DNA of 48,533 bases from a virus (lineage: Duplodnaviria > Caudoviricetes), in the IMG/VR virus record IMGVR_UViG_3300036778_000214, positions 1-48,533 of that record. The stretch is one strand, 5' to 3'. The first letter of the stretch is position 1, and every line of letters starts with the position of its first letter. This document shows, piece by piece, positions 32,848 to 43,292 of this stretch. The translations under genes were made by a program, and so were the position numbers. The notes below the pieces were generated by a model. The model saw only the letters and a program-made list of their open reading frames with translations, was not told the origin of the DNA and made no database searches.

Positions 32848-34203
32848 ATGAAACGCAATCGCGTTAACGTGCTGACCGTCGTCAACTCCGCTTCAAACAT
32901 CTCAACTGAAATAATCAACGGACGTGAGCACATCGTTGTTCGCGGCGTCACGCCTGTTGTCGATGACATTGTGATGAATGGCAAGTTGTATCCGGCAGCA
33001 GAAATCGAAAAGGGTTACAGGACTCTCGAACGTAACCCGATGCCCTTGGGCCACCCCAAAGTCAACGGGAAGCATATCTCCGCACGAGACGTACAGGCAG
33101 TTAACGAATACCACGTTGGTGCATGGTTGCAGGACGTACAGCATGTTGATGGCAAAGTGTCCGCCGACATGTACGTTGATAAGCGCTACGCCGAAGGTAC
33201 AGAGAAGGGCCCGCGCCTGCTGAATCGCCTCGACGAGATGGCTGAGAATAAAAACGTTGAGCCGATCCACATTTCAACCGGACTACTTTATTCCGGCATC
33301 GCCGCAAACGGTCAGTCGAAGGGCAAAAAATACCGCGAAATTGTCACCAACATGTTATTCGACCATACGGCGATTCTGTTGGATGAGAACGGAGCCGGTA
33401 CGCCACAGGAAGGCGTCGGGATATTTGTTAATGCGGAGGACGGCGCGGAACTGGAGATAGAGATAGCAAATCTTGCAGATGCATCCGATTGCACACGCGA
33501 AGGGCTGCTCAACAAAACGAGGTTCTTCTTCACCAACGCCTCAAATTATTCCTTTGAAGATATTCGGACTGCCATCTGCGACACCCTGCGTGCAGGCCGA
33601 AGTGATGATTTATGGCTCTATCCGGAAATCGTCTGGCCGGACACCTTTATCTATCAAGAAGGTTCCCGGTTTTTTAAACAGAAATACATCATCGATGACA
33701 ACGGTAAGGCCGTGTTCGTCGGTGAGCCAGCAGAAGTCGTGCGCAAGCCCACTGAGTGGGATGAAGTAACCAACGGAGAAACCAACACAATGAAAGACAA
33801 GATGCTCGCCGCGCTAAACGGTGCTGGCGTTAAAACCGAGGGCCTGAATGATGACCAGGTTTGGGAAGCCTACAACCAGTTCATGAAGACTGAGAGTGAA
33901 AAGCCACCAACGATACCTGTCGTTAACGCAGACGCCATTTCACTGGCAGTGAACGAAGCCCTGAAACCGTTGAATGAAAAGCTCACCTCGCTGGAGGGAC
34001 GGCTGCTGGCAAATTCAGAAAAGGAGATCACAGAGAAACGTGAGGTGGTCAAGGAAGCCTTCAACATGTCTGACGAAGAAGTGGCAGACCTCACAGGAAA
34101 AGCTCTGGACGGATTCTATGCGAAATGCCAGACCACAACAGGGCTGAATGGTGCGTACCGCCATGTCAATAACAGCGAAACATTCACCGATATGCCGGAG
34201 TAA
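32848..34203 (+). CDS. Prohead protease/scaffold (DUF2213-like)
   Basis: PMPLGHPK, HISTGL and FDHTAILLDE motifs; upstream of the capsid genes. Confidence 0.8.
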   Translation: MKRNRVNVLTVVNSASNISTEIINGREHIVVRGVTPVVDDIVMNGKLYPAAEIEKGYRTLERNPMPLGHPKVNGKHISARDVQAVNEYHVGAWLQDVQHVDGKVSADMYVDKRYAEGTEKGPRLLNRLDEMAENKNVEPIHISTGLLYSGIAANGQSKGKKYREIVTNMLFDHTAILLDENGAGTPQEGVGIFVNAEDGAELEIEIANLADASDCTREGLLNKTRFFFTNASNYSFEDIRTAICDTLRAGRSDDLWLYPEIVWPDTFIYQEGSRFFKQKYIIDDNGKAVFVGEPAEVVRKPTEWDEVTNGETNTMKDKMLAALNGAGVKTEGLNDDQVWEAYNQFMKTESEKPPTIPVVNADAISLAVNEALKPLNEKLTSLEGRLLANSEKEITEKREVVKEAFNMSDEEVADLTGKALDGFYAKCQTTTGLNGAYRHVNNSETFTDMPE

Positions 34204-34208
34204 AGAAA

Positions 34209-34631
34209 ATGGCTAAAGACGGAAAACATGTGATCCACGCGGGCGGAATCTTCCCTAATCCGACATTAAATCGTGAGGGGCCTGCATCAATGCCCATTTT
34301 ACCGGGAACGATTGGCGTATTCGCGAGCGGTTTCACGCCCGCGGTTAGCGGTAACGAGGCTGCTATTTTCTATGTGGCCAACTATGACTACCTGCGCTGT
34401 AAAACAGTCGATGATGAGTACCAGCCTTCCGATATGGTCGTCGCTATTCATCCCATTTCCGGCATGTTTCTTAACGTAAGGGCCGCCGCCGGCACATATA
34501 AAAAAGGTGATGAAGTCGGCGTGTCGAATGGAAAAATTGTGGCCGGAGCAACGCTTTTGGGCGTCAGCGCGTTTATGGAAGAAACCATCACGGCGGAAGA
34601 AGACGATCTCGTTCGCATCGTAATTAAGTAA
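34209..34631 (+). CDS. Head decoration/cement protein
   Basis: 140-aa beta-rich protein between the protease and major capsid genes. Confidence 0.65.
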   Translation: MAKDGKHVIHAGGIFPNPTLNREGPASMPILPGTIGVFASGFTPAVSGNEAAIFYVANYDYLRCKTVDDEYQPSDMVVAIHPISGMFLNVRAAAGTYKKGDEVGVSNGKIVAGATLLGVSAFMEETITAEEDDLVRIVIK

Positions 34632-34641
34632 GGGGATAAAT

Positions 34642-35715
34642 ATGTTCGGATTTTCGACGAAAGAAGCGACTGAAAAAGGGTTTATTGAGGCCCAAAATTT
34701 TCAGTTCCGAGAGCTGCGGCTAGCCAGAAATTCAAGCGCTCAGGCAGTGGCAGATTTAATGGCCCGCATTCGTTGGCGTGGTGATGCTGAAGATGTGCCG
34801 ACATTAAACGCGACAAACGCTGTTGATGATATTCGCCGGCTCTATAAAACGTTTGACGGTAAAGTGTTGGATGAATTTAAGCCAGATACCGAATTTACCT
34901 TGCTCAATGATTTGTTGCCACAGGCCCGATCAGTACGTCTTGAAGAGTCAGTTTACGAATACGCCCGTAAAGGCGGTCGTGGTTGGGCGCATACTTCAAT
35001 GACCGGGCAAGTTGGTGCGGCTCTGGACGCTAAATCCTATACGTTTGACGGGACAATGGTACCTATCCACGATTCAGGCTTTAAGTTTACCTGGCGTGAC
35101 CCTATTTTTCAGAAAGGTTCTGCTCTGGCCTCGTTGAAAGATGCTCAGGATGGTTCGGTAGATGATGTTCGCCGTCAATATGTTGACTACATGTGGCAGG
35201 GCTTCCGCGATGACGACAACAATTTCATCAAGTTTGACGACTACACATGGAAAGGCTTACGTGCTGATGAGCGGGTTGCGCAGGTAACGCTGACAATCGA
35301 TTTCTCTACCAGCCAGGACCCGAAGGCAATGCGAAAGGAGGCTATTTCCCTTCGTGATGTTCTGAAGCTGCAAAACTACCAGTACGGCAAGCAGACCTGG
35401 TATGTGTCGAGCGAAATCCTGTCGAACTGGGAACAATACTTTGACGTTAATGAAAACCGTACAGTTCTTGAAGAGATCATGAAGCTGTCCGGCATTTCTG
35501 CGATTAAGGAGGATGCCGAGCTTTCAGGAAATGAAATCCTGATTGTACCTCTGGCCGCGGGCGTTATTGCTCCAATCGTAGGTCAGGCGTTTGGGACGGT
35601 TGCCGACCCTCGCTTGTTCTATAACAGCGATTATGTATGGCGCACCTGGGGAGCTGCTGGCCTGATGGTCAAACAGGATATTAACGGGCATTTCTCTGTG
35701 GTTTATGCAAGCTAA
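34642..35715 (+). CDS. Major capsid protein
   Basis: 357 aa, expected position; DGTMVPIHDSGF, WRTWGAAGLMVK. Confidence 0.85.
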   Translation: MFGFSTKEATEKGFIEAQNFQFRELRLARNSSAQAVADLMARIRWRGDAEDVPTLNATNAVDDIRRLYKTFDGKVLDEFKPDTEFTLLNDLLPQARSVRLEESVYEYARKGGRGWAHTSMTGQVGAALDAKSYTFDGTMVPIHDSGFKFTWRDPIFQKGSALASLKDAQDGSVDDVRRQYVDYMWQGFRDDDNNFIKFDDYTWKGLRADERVAQVTLTIDFSTSQDPKAMRKEAISLRDVLKLQNYQYGKQTWYVSSEILSNWEQYFDVNENRTVLEEIMKLSGISAIKEDAELSGNEILIVPLAAGVIAPIVGQAFGTVADPRLFYNSDYVWRTWGAAGLMVKQDINGHFSVVYAS

Positions 35716-35724
35716 GGGGGCGTT

Positions 35725-36126
35725 ATGGCGTTTGTTAAAATAGTAGCGAGTAACCTTTTTGCAGGACAGCCTGCCAAGAGGTTGACGAAGGGAACGGTAT
35801 ATGACGTCCCGGATGAGTTGGCAGAAAAATGGGTGGGATCCGGTAAAGCGAAGGCAACGGAGAAAAAAGAAGGGGTGGCAATTTTTGCTACCCCTTCTGC
35901 TTTTGTGGTGGAGCAGGAGAAATACATCTCTGGTGAGAGTGGGATCAGCGCCGAAGAATTTGCCGCTGAGAAAAAGCGTGCCGACGAAGCTGTGGATGCG
36001 CTGGCTGCTCTGAAATCCTCGTGGGATGAACGGGAAGCAGCGCATGTAACAGCGCTTGCAGAAGAGAAAAAGCGTGCCGACGAAGCTGTGGATGCGCTGG
36101 CTGCTCTCAACAAAAAGGGGAAATAA
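35725..36126 (+). CDS. Hypothetical virion-associated protein with internal repeat
   Basis: EKKRADEAVDALAAL occurs twice. Confidence 0.7.
   Translation: MAFVKIVASNLFAGQPAKRLTKGTVYDVPDELAEKWVGSGKAKATEKKEGVAIFATPSAFVVEQEKYISGESGISAEEFAAEKKRADEAVDALAALKSSWDEREAAHVTALAEEKKRADEAVDALAALNKKGK
35968..36107 (+). repeat. Perfect 44-bp direct repeat, two copies 96 bp apart
   Basis: gagaaaaagcgtgccgacgaagctgtggatgcgctggctgctct at 35968-36011 and 36064-36107. Confidence 0.9.
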
Positions 36127-36128
36127 CA

Positions 36129-36509
36129 GTGGTAGCCCAGATCACAGCAGATGATGTGAATGCCTATCTCTCTGAGCTGGGCTACACCATCCCAGCAGCA
36201 GTGTTGACACCGATACTTTGCCGAGTGAACTCAATCATTCCGTGCATTGAGGGGGCGGGGTATGACGAATGCACCCAGCAACTCATTTTGTTGTATTGCG
36301 CGGCGTTAATGGCAACCACGTCTGGTGCGAGACGGATTAAATCGCAGGGAGCACCCAACGGGGCTAGTCGTTCCTTTGATTATGGCGATAACCTGGAATT
36401 GCTCAGCGATGCGTTGAAAAAACTCGATCCTAATGGTTGCACTAGCGATCTCCCTCTAAAGGTGGATAACACCGTCGGATATTTCGATGTGGTGGGAGGC
36501 TTTTATTGA
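36129..36509 (+). CDS. Head-tail adaptor/connector
   Basis: Position and size; RRIKSQGAPNGASRSFDY. Confidence 0.7.
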   Translation: MVAQITADDVNAYLSELGYTIPAAVLTPILCRVNSIIPCIEGAGYDECTQQLILLYCAALMATTSGARRIKSQGAPNGASRSFDYGDNLELLSDALKKLDPNGCTSDLPLKVDNTVGYFDVVGGFY

Positions 36510-36874
36510 TGAGCAAAACCGCAGAGTGGGTCTACACCAATGTTGCTACGGTTTATCCCAAGGATTGGGTTGATGATCGCGAGGGTATCACTGATTTTGG
36601 CGTGCCATATCTCATTGCCTGTACATGGGAAGACAACCAGGAAACAGCGAACGACAGTACCGGTACCGAGTTTCTGACTAAATCCATTTTCTACACAGAA
36701 TCAAAGCACCATGGGGCATATGTTCGCCTGCCGGTACGCGGTGATTTCATAAGAAAGGGTGATACCAGGTACGAGGGGGATCCTGTCGATGCAGAAGGCG
36801 ATGAGGTCCGGGCCGTAAAGGATTGGGACATGTCTTTTTTCGGTGAAGATCCGGATTACAAAATACTGACATAA
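36506..36874 (+). CDS. Head closure protein
   Basis: Synteny in the neck module. Confidence 0.6.
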   Translation: MMSKTAEWVYTNVATVYPKDWVDDREGITDFGVPYLIACTWEDNQETANDSTGTEFLTKSIFYTESKHHGAYVRLPVRGDFIRKGDTRYEGDPVDAEGDEVRAVKDWDMSFFGEDPDYKILT

Positions 36875-36884
36875 GGCGGTGGGC

Positions 36885-37280
36885 ATGCCGGTAAGAGGCG
36901 TCAAAGAAGTACAGCGCAATGTATCAAGGTTGCTGGGGAGGGTGCGTGGTCCTATTTCAGAAAAAACGATGGTTGAGGTGCTAATTACCGGCGCAAGTGC
37001 AGCCGCCGCAATAACGCCACGCGATACATCAACACTGGTGAATAGCCAGTATCGGATCATTGCGCTTCTGCCCTCCGGGGTGCAGGGGCGTGTAGGTTTT
37101 GCTACTGAATATGCCCAGGCTGTTAATGATGCCTCTGGCGTTTTGGCAGGTACGCCTAGAAGTGATGATAACGGAAATTATTGGGACCCAGCAGGCGAGC
37201 CGGATTTTCTTCGTAAGGGGTTTGAACGCGATGCTGCGACGGAAATTCGTGCCGTCATCAGGCGAGGCTACAAACTATGA
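36885..37280 (+). CDS. Neck/tail-completion protein (HK97 gp10-like)
   Basis: TPRDTSTLVNS...YWDP.GEPDFLRKGFE. Confidence 0.65.
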   Translation: MPVRGVKEVQRNVSRLLGRVRGPISEKTMVEVLITGASAAAAITPRDTSTLVNSQYRIIALLPSGVQGRVGFATEYAQAVNDASGVLAGTPRSDDNGNYWDPAGEPDFLRKGFERDAATEIRAVIRRGYKL

Positions 37281-37663
37281 AACGCTCTGAAGTTTATAGT
37301 GCGCTGGAAGCCTGGTTGCTTAAACATGGCTTCGATACCGGCTACACAGTTCAGGTGAGATTCTGGACTGAACTCGATGCACCAAAGCGGGATCGCTATC
37401 TGGTTATTCAGCAGAACAATGGAGGAACGACCGAGGAGGCAGTAACTCGGGACTATTTCCGCTTTGTTTTAATTTCCGCGAGGAATGATCGAGGCGTTAG
37501 CGAAGTCGAGGACAATGCTGACGCGATACGTCAGGCAATGATCGACGAGTACAAAACAGAATGCATCGTTTCTATGAAGCCAATCGGCGGAATTCCATCA
37601 AATAAAACCAAAGAGGGCCGCTACCTCTTTGAAATCAATTTTCAGACAATTATCTCAAGATAA
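37277..37663 (+). CDS. Tail terminator protein
   Basis: Immediately upstream of the major tail protein. Confidence 0.65.
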   Translation: MKRSEVYSALEAWLLKHGFDTGYTVQVRFWTELDAPKRDRYLVIQQNNGGTTEEAVTRDYFRFVLISARNDRGVSEVEDNADAIRQAMIDEYKTECIVSMKPIGGIPSNKTKEGRYLFEINFQTIISR

Positions 37664-37677
37664 CTGGAGCAAATACT

Positions 37678-38409
37678 ATGGCAGGATGTGAATCAGGTGC
37701 GTTCACAGGGCGCGACGTGGTTGTTTTATACGCGATTGGCTGCCCTGAAATTCAGCCGCAGGCGGACGATTATGCCCGCCTCGGCATGATGCGAGGTAAA
37801 ACCATCAGTGCTGAGTGGGATACCGCCGACGCTACAGGTGATATGAGCCCTCAGTTCACCAAAGAAAACCTCACAACTTACAAGAGCGTTTCGTTCTCAG
37901 GTGATGGCGTAAGTCGAAAGGAGGAAATTTATGGGCAAAAGGCTATCAAACGGCATGTTTATAACCCACCAGCCACGACCAGCAATCAGCCTTTCGTTTG
38001 GCTGAAAATCATTTCACCGTTAGATATTACCGAGGGACCGTTCCTGGTCAGTAAATGGGAGGATCAAGATCCGCACGATGACATCGCCACATGGTCAATT
38101 GAGGCGTCCAGCGCTGGTTTGGTTGATGTTCGGGATGTCGGCGGGGAAGTGTTTATTACGACTCAGCCAGAAGGAAGGGCGTTGACTGCCGGACAGACAC
38201 TTACTCTGTCTGTCGGAGCAACCTCTACAGATGGTTCGGCGCTGACATATCAATGGATGAAAGACGAGATCGACATTCCCGGAGCTACTAACGCAACATT
38301 CACAATTGAAGAAACCACTGTCGAAGATGCTGGCGAATACAAAGCAGAAATTACTTCAAATACCGCCGGAACTGTTACGTCAGCTTCAGCCACTGTCACT
38401 ATTACATGA
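37678..38409 (+). CDS. Major tail tube protein with C-terminal Ig-like domain
   Basis: LGMMRGK...WDTADAT; ITTQP...LTYQWMKD..DIPGAT...DAGEYKA Ig motif. Confidence 0.88.
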   Translation: MAGCESGAFTGRDVVVLYAIGCPEIQPQADDYARLGMMRGKTISAEWDTADATGDMSPQFTKENLTTYKSVSFSGDGVSRKEEIYGQKAIKRHVYNPPATTSNQPFVWLKIISPLDITEGPFLVSKWEDQDPHDDIATWSIEASSAGLVDVRDVGGEVFITTQPEGRALTAGQTLTLSVGATSTDGSALTYQWMKDEIDIPGATNATFTIEETTVEDAGEYKAEITSNTAGTVTSASATVTIT

Positions 38410-38416
38410 TCCAGGT

Positions 38417-38441
38417 AGGGGCTTAGCGGCCCCTTTATTTT
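38417..38441 (+). terminator. Intrinsic terminator after the tail tube gene
   Basis: aggggc-ttagcg-gcccct followed by a T-rich tail. Confidence 0.6.
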
Positions 38442-39089
38442 ATGAGAGCAATCACTGATATCGGACAGGCAGAAATCAAAGTGAATGGGCGTGTGTATTT
38501 TTTGAGTCCGTCATTTTTGGCTATGACCCGCATTGGTCGCCCGAACGAAATTGTTACGTCGTTAGTCCAAGTAAATGGTGGTCACTATCCTAATCACAGC
38601 ATAAGTGATAAGGCACTGAGAATAAAAGTAATCGCGATATGTTATGCACGGATGGTATCGGCTGCGGTTCGTATATTGCGTGCCTGTTGCGAGGACGATA
38701 TTACGGACGTAATAGGACACTACGACATCATGACTAGTGGCAGGGTTCGTATGCGTGAAGGCTTAATTCCTTGTGATGATGTGATCTGGTTGGCACGAGA
38801 CCTGATAAAGCACGGTGTTCTCGGCGATCAGAAAAATGACGGTGATGAGGAAGTTGCGGGGGAATTCTCGAACAAATTCGACGCCCGCGCTTTTGTTTAC
38901 CTTGCGGTCGCTCACATTGGGATGAGCGAGGAAGAAGCCTGGAATATGACGATGACCAGTTTCCGGGCGGCATTTGCTGCTAAATTTCCGAAGCCGGATA
39001 AACCGAAAATCCCTTCAAAGAACGACTATGACAAAGCGATGGTATGGGCCGATGCGGTATCAAAAAGAGACGCAGCGAGAAAAAAATAA
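38442..39089 (+). CDS. Tail assembly chaperone (DUF6246-like)
   Basis: Between tube and tape measure; PSFLAMTRIG.P.EIV...AHIGMSEEEAWNMTMT. Confidence 0.7.
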   Translation: MRAITDIGQAEIKVNGRVYFLSPSFLAMTRIGRPNEIVTSLVQVNGGHYPNHSISDKALRIKVIAICYARMVSAAVRILRACCEDDITDVIGHYDIMTSGRVRMREGLIPCDDVIWLARDLIKHGVLGDQKNDGDEEVAGEFSNKFDARAFVYLAVAHIGMSEEEAWNMTMTSFRAAFAAKFPKPDKPKIPSKNDYDKAMVWADAVSKRDAARKK

Positions 39090-39151
39090 ATGCAATTTCT
39101 AGAATCAGTCAAGCAACAGAAATATAAGTAACATTCTGAACGCATGACTCA

Positions 39152-39174
39152 GCCCGCTCCGGCGGGTTTTTTTT
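39152..39174 (+). terminator. Intrinsic terminator before the tape measure gene
   Basis: cccgc-tccg-gcggg followed by T8. Confidence 0.65.
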
Positions 39175-39188
39175 CGCCTGGAGAATAT

Positions 39189-42100
39189 ATGGTTCAGAAC
39201 GTTGGAGCTATTGAGTATGTCGTAAATGCTGACACTAGCCAGTTGCTCAGGGCAGATAAGCAGGTTGTGACTGTCACGCAGCACATGGAGCGAGGGTTTA
39301 ATCAGACTGATGCCGCAGTCAGGGAATTAACTGGTTCATTTGGTCGGTTAAGCTCTGTTGCACAGGGCGTGATCGCAGTGTTATCAGCAAATCAGGTACT
39401 TGAATATGCTGATGCGTGGCAGACCGTAAGCAACAAGTTGGTCAACTCTATTAAGTCAAACGAGGCGCTGATCGACGTCACAACTCGAGTGTTTGACATA
39501 GCACAGAACACTCGCACCAGTCTTGATGCCACTGCAACGCTGTACGGAAGGATGGAACGGTCAACGAGAAAATACAACCTCAGTGCAGAACAGCTCGTAA
39601 GCCTGACTTCAACGATTAATAAGGGATTACTGGTTTCCGGCGCAACGACAGAAGAAGCCGCGTCGACAACGGTTCAGTTATCGCAAGCGCTAGCTTCCGG
39701 CGTGCTCCGTGGGGAAGAGTTCAACTCGATTACAGAGAACGGCAGTCGTATAGCGCTTGCGCTTGCCGATTCACTGGGCGTGGATATTGGCCAACTCAGG
39801 AGTATGGCAGCAACAGGGAAGTTGACAACAAAGGTTGTCGTTGATGGGTTACTCAAACAGGCCGTTCCTATAGCTGATGAATTTGCAAAACACACCATGA
39901 CTCTGGGTCAGGCGTTCACTGTGGCGACAAACAACATCACGAAGTTTGTCGGTGAATCAACAACTGCGAAATCGACTATTTCCGGAATATCAACTGCGGT
40001 GGTGGCTGTGAGCGAAAACCTCGACACTTTGTCGACGGTATTTGCCGGACTGGCTGTTGTCATGGGCGCACGTTTTGCCGGTAGTATCGCCGCCAGCACA
40101 ACCGCAATGGCCCAAAATATTATCGCATCAACAGCCCAGGCGAAGGCGTTGGCGCAGGACGCTGCTAACGCGGAGATTGCCGCGAACAGCGCAGTCAGGA
40201 AAGCCACAGCCGACAAAGAAGCCGCTATATCAGCCGCTGCGCTGGCACAGGCAGAATACAACGTTGCTAAAGGGACTCTGGCAGAGGCTACTGCGTTAGA
40301 TAATCTCATTGCCAAAAAATCGGCGGCGTCAGCAGCTTCCGCTGATTTGGCAGTCGCTCAAAGAGCGCAGGCGGCGGCAATGGCTGAATCCGCAATTGCC
40401 GCGCGCGGCGCATCCGTCGCTTTGAATGCTCTGAAAGGAGTAATGGCGATGCTCGGCGGGCCTACTGGTCTCATCCTGCTGGCCGCAGCAGCGTTATTTA
40501 CCTGGTATCAGAATGCGAAGCAGGCGAGGGAAGAGGCGATCGGGCTGGCAGATAACATCGATACGCTGGCTGAATCGTACAAAAACCTCAACCACGCGCA
40601 GTTACTCGGTACCCAGGCAAGGCTTGAAGAATCTGTCATTGCCCAAACAGATGCGATCGCAGACCTCCAGGATGAGGTCGACAAGACCGCCCGCGTAATG
40701 GATCTTTACGGTAAGCGGCTTTCCCGCATCAGTTCCGACAGTCCTGAGTACACGAGCGCACAACGCGCATATGAGCAAGCTGTACGTGACAACAAAATAG
40801 CGGTCGCTGAACTTGATACGGCACAGGAAAAACTCGCGAAAACTGGTGGTCTGCTGCAAAACGTAAATGAATGGCTCGCAAAAGGAATGGATAACCTTTC
40901 AGCCAAGGCAAAACAACTTCGCAGTGATATTGCCGCCATCACAGCGGATCAAACAGAAGAACGAAGCGCGAAGGGTGATCAACTTCTGGAGCGGCTCAAA
41001 GATGAGAACGCCCTCCTGCAAATCACCGACAAGAGGCAGCGTGCGGTTGCTTCTGCCAGACAAAAAGCGCTGAGTGCTGGCGTAGCTGATGGGTCGCAGC
41101 AACTCAAGCAAATTGAGGATCAGGCGGCTGCACTCTACGATCTCCAGCAGGCAGAGAAAACCAGATCCTCTTCTGCTAAATCCGCCGACGCTTCGACAAA
41201 AAAGCATGCAACAGAGCAAGCGGCGATAGCGCAAAAGCTGGAACAACTACGTCAGAAATCAGAGCTGGCAGCTAACTCAACCCAGGAGTTGAGCAGGGAG
41301 CAAGCCATCCTCAATGCTCAGCAGTCGCTCGGCAAATCTGCGACTCAGCAGCAAATAGATCTGGCGGGGAAATACGCTGCGAAAACATGGGATGTCACCA
41401 ACGCGCTAAAAGCACAGCAACAGGCAAAGCAGGGACAGAAATTTGCTCAGCAAGAAATTGTTGCAGCCAAAGTTGATGTTAATCCGCTGACGGGGGTAGC
41501 GGAAGATCCGCTTGCGAAAATCAACCTCCAGGAACAGCAAAAGTTAGATGCTTTAGCAAAATATCAGAAAATTGACACAGACAACCTACAGCTATACGAG
41601 GATGCGAAAACAGCAATAACGCAACAGGCCGCAAACCAGCGAAACCAGATATTACTTGATGAACAAGCGAGACAGCAGCAATACACCAGCCAGGTACTGG
41701 GGATCGCGGCATCAAGTTTTGACTCTATGGCTCAGTTAATTGCAGCGTCCGGAGATGAGACAAGCAGTGCCTACCGGGCATTGTTCGCCATCAGCAAAGG
41801 GTTCGCGATATCGCAAGCGACATTAAACATGTTTACCGCAATTTCTAACGCTCTTGCTCTCCCATACCCGGCCAATATTCCTGCAATGGCTCAGGCCGCA
41901 GCATCTGGCGCACAACTGGCATCTACTATTAGCAGCATCTCTTATAGCGGTGGCCGGAGATACGGCGGTGGAGTTTCATCGGGGAATATGTACCGCGTAA
42001 ATGAGAGCGGAGAATCGGAAGTGTTTCAAACGTCCGGAGGGCAGCAGAGCTTTATTCCGAATAAATCCGGAAAAATTATCCCCGCAGATGGTGCAGCAGG

Positions 42101-42308
42101 TGGGGGAAGTTCAACACCTACGGTCGTCGTTAACAACTACGCGAATGGGGTTGAAGTCCAGCAAACAGGGTGGGACAGGGACAATCGAATCATCACTCTG
42201 GCAGTTCGTGAGTCAACAAAAGAAGTCGCACGGCAGATGAGCAACCGCACCGGGGAAGTATCGCGTGGGCTTGAGTCCGGATATAACGTCACAGGAAAAT
42301 CACAATAA
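39189..42308 (+). CDS. Tape measure protein
   Basis: About 1040 aa, Ala-rich; QLSQALASGVLRGEEFNSI motif; GGAG RBS before the ATG at 39189. Confidence 0.95.
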   Translation: MVQNVGAIEYVVNADTSQLLRADKQVVTVTQHMERGFNQTDAAVRELTGSFGRLSSVAQGVIAVLSANQVLEYADAWQTVSNKLVNSIKSNEALIDVTTRVFDIAQNTRTSLDATATLYGRMERSTRKYNLSAEQLVSLTSTINKGLLVSGATTEEAASTTVQLSQALASGVLRGEEFNSITENGSRIALALADSLGVDIGQLRSMAATGKLTTKVVVDGLLKQAVPIADEFAKHTMTLGQAFTVATNNITKFVGESTTAKSTISGISTAVVAVSENLDTLSTVFAGLAVVMGARFAGSIAASTTAMAQNIIASTAQAKALAQDAANAEIAANSAVRKATADKEAAISAAALAQAEYNVAKGTLAEATALDNLIAKKSAASAASADLAVAQRAQAAAMAESAIAARGASVALNALKGVMAMLGGPTGLILLAAAALFTWYQNAKQAREEAIGLADNIDTLAESYKNLNHAQLLGTQARLEESVIAQTDAIADLQDEVDKTARVMDLYGKRLSRISSDSPEYTSAQRAYEQAVRDNKIAVAELDTAQEKLAKTGGLLQNVNEWLAKGMDNLSAKAKQLRSDIAAITADQTEERSAKGDQLLERLKDENALLQITDKRQRAVASARQKALSAGVADGSQQLKQIEDQAAALYDLQQAEKTRSSSAKSADASTKKHATEQAAIAQKLEQLRQKSELAANSTQELSREQAILNAQQSLGKSATQQQIDLAGKYAAKTWDVTNALKAQQQAKQGQKFAQQEIVAAKVDVNPLTGVAEDPLAKINLQEQQKLDALAKYQKIDTDNLQLYEDAKTAITQQAANQRNQILLDEQARQQQYTSQVLGIAASSFDSMAQLIAASGDETSSAYRALFAISKGFAISQATLNMFTAISNALALPYPANIPAMAQAAASGAQLASTISSISYSGGRRYGGGVSSGNMYRVNESGESEVFQTSGGQQSFIPNKSGKIIPADGAAGGGSSTPTVVVNNYANGVEVQQTGWDRDNRIITLAVRESTKEVARQMSNRTGEVSRGLESGYNVTGKSQ

Positions 42309-42790
42309 TGGCAACCGACATTAACTGGCCTCTTGGCCTACAGACCATACTATCAACCAGTAAATCCCGCTCCCAGTTACCAACATATCAAATGGCAGAT
42401 CCCAGAAGTGGGCCACCTTATAAAAAACGATTGAGTGATGATGTTCCGGTCATTTGGGACGTCACATTTCGTTTTAAGGGCGATGATGCCACGATTTTTT
42501 GGTCATGGTTTGAGAACGCGATTGATCGCGGTCGACTCAATTTTAACCTCGCTATCAAGACTGAGTTTGGGCTTGTTGACCACGAAGTAACATTTCTTCC
42601 TGACTCGCTTTTACCAGTGAACGAGGAAAGTGATGTTTTCACTTATACGGCACAGATTTTAGCCAGAAAACTTATTATCCCGCCGGAGTTTCCCGACGAT
42701 ATCTGGGATGAACCCGATATCTATAAGGATCGAAGTATTCTTGACCCGGCCGTGAATTGGTATTGGCCTAAAGAAAAACGGGAGGAATAA
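42308..42790 (+). CDS. Distal tail protein
   Basis: Follows the tape measure; WDVTFRF...FWSWF...F.LAIKTEFGL. Confidence 0.7.
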   Translation: MATDINWPLGLQTILSTSKSRSQLPTYQMADPRSGPPYKKRLSDDVPVIWDVTFRFKGDDATIFWSWFENAIDRGRLNFNLAIKTEFGLVDHEVTFLPDSLLPVNEESDVFTYTAQILARKLIIPPEFPDDIWDEPDIYKDRSILDPAVNWYWPKEKREE

Positions 42791-43284
42791 TGCCAGTTTC
42801 CGACTCTCAACGCGCATTCTGGAGTCAGAAAAGCCCCGCCGCTGAATTTGATACTGTAACTTTCGAGCATCCAGCGTTTTCTGAACCGATACGTTTAGTC
42901 GCTAACGTCTACTCGGACATGACATTCGGGCGGCTTCTGTATCGTGCATGCGCTATGACCCTCCAGAAGCCCGAGCAGGGCAAAGACCCTATTAGCACGG
43001 CGAGCGTAAAATTCTCACGGCCAGTCGTCGGAGATGAATTCAAGGAAGTGATCGGGAAACTTAACCCCTTCGATTGGTTCACACCAATAACTATACGATT
43101 ACAGCAATTCACTGAACTGAATATGAGCGTGCCTATTCAGGATTGGACGCTTTATGTTACCGAAGATGGGGTAAGAATTAACCCCACAACAATTCAAATA
43201 CAGGCATCAGATGATAATCCGATGATACTCAATACGAGCCAGGTCTACGATATTGAGCGCTATCCTGGACTTGCATATATTTGA
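42790..43284 (+). CDS. Minor tail protein (DUF1833-like)
   Basis: TFEHPAFSEPIRLV...YDIERYPGL. Confidence 0.72.
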   Translation: MPVSDSQRAFWSQKSPAAEFDTVTFEHPAFSEPIRLVANVYSDMTFGRLLYRACAMTLQKPEQGKDPISTASVKFSRPVVGDEFKEVIGKLNPFDWFTPITIRLQQFTELNMSVPIQDWTLYVTEDGVRINPTTIQIQASDDNPMILNTSQVYDIERYPGLAYI

Positions 43285-43292
43285 GAGTTCAC

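Noticed and set aside
18256-39171. Identical hairpin cccgctccggcgggttttt at about 18256 and about 39153
   Set aside because: A common terminator sequence in enterobacterial phages; two copies do not imply a system
38442-39189. Programmed -1 frameshift tail chaperone pair
   Set aside because: A single ORF fills the gap, and there is no second overlapping ORF before the tape measure gene
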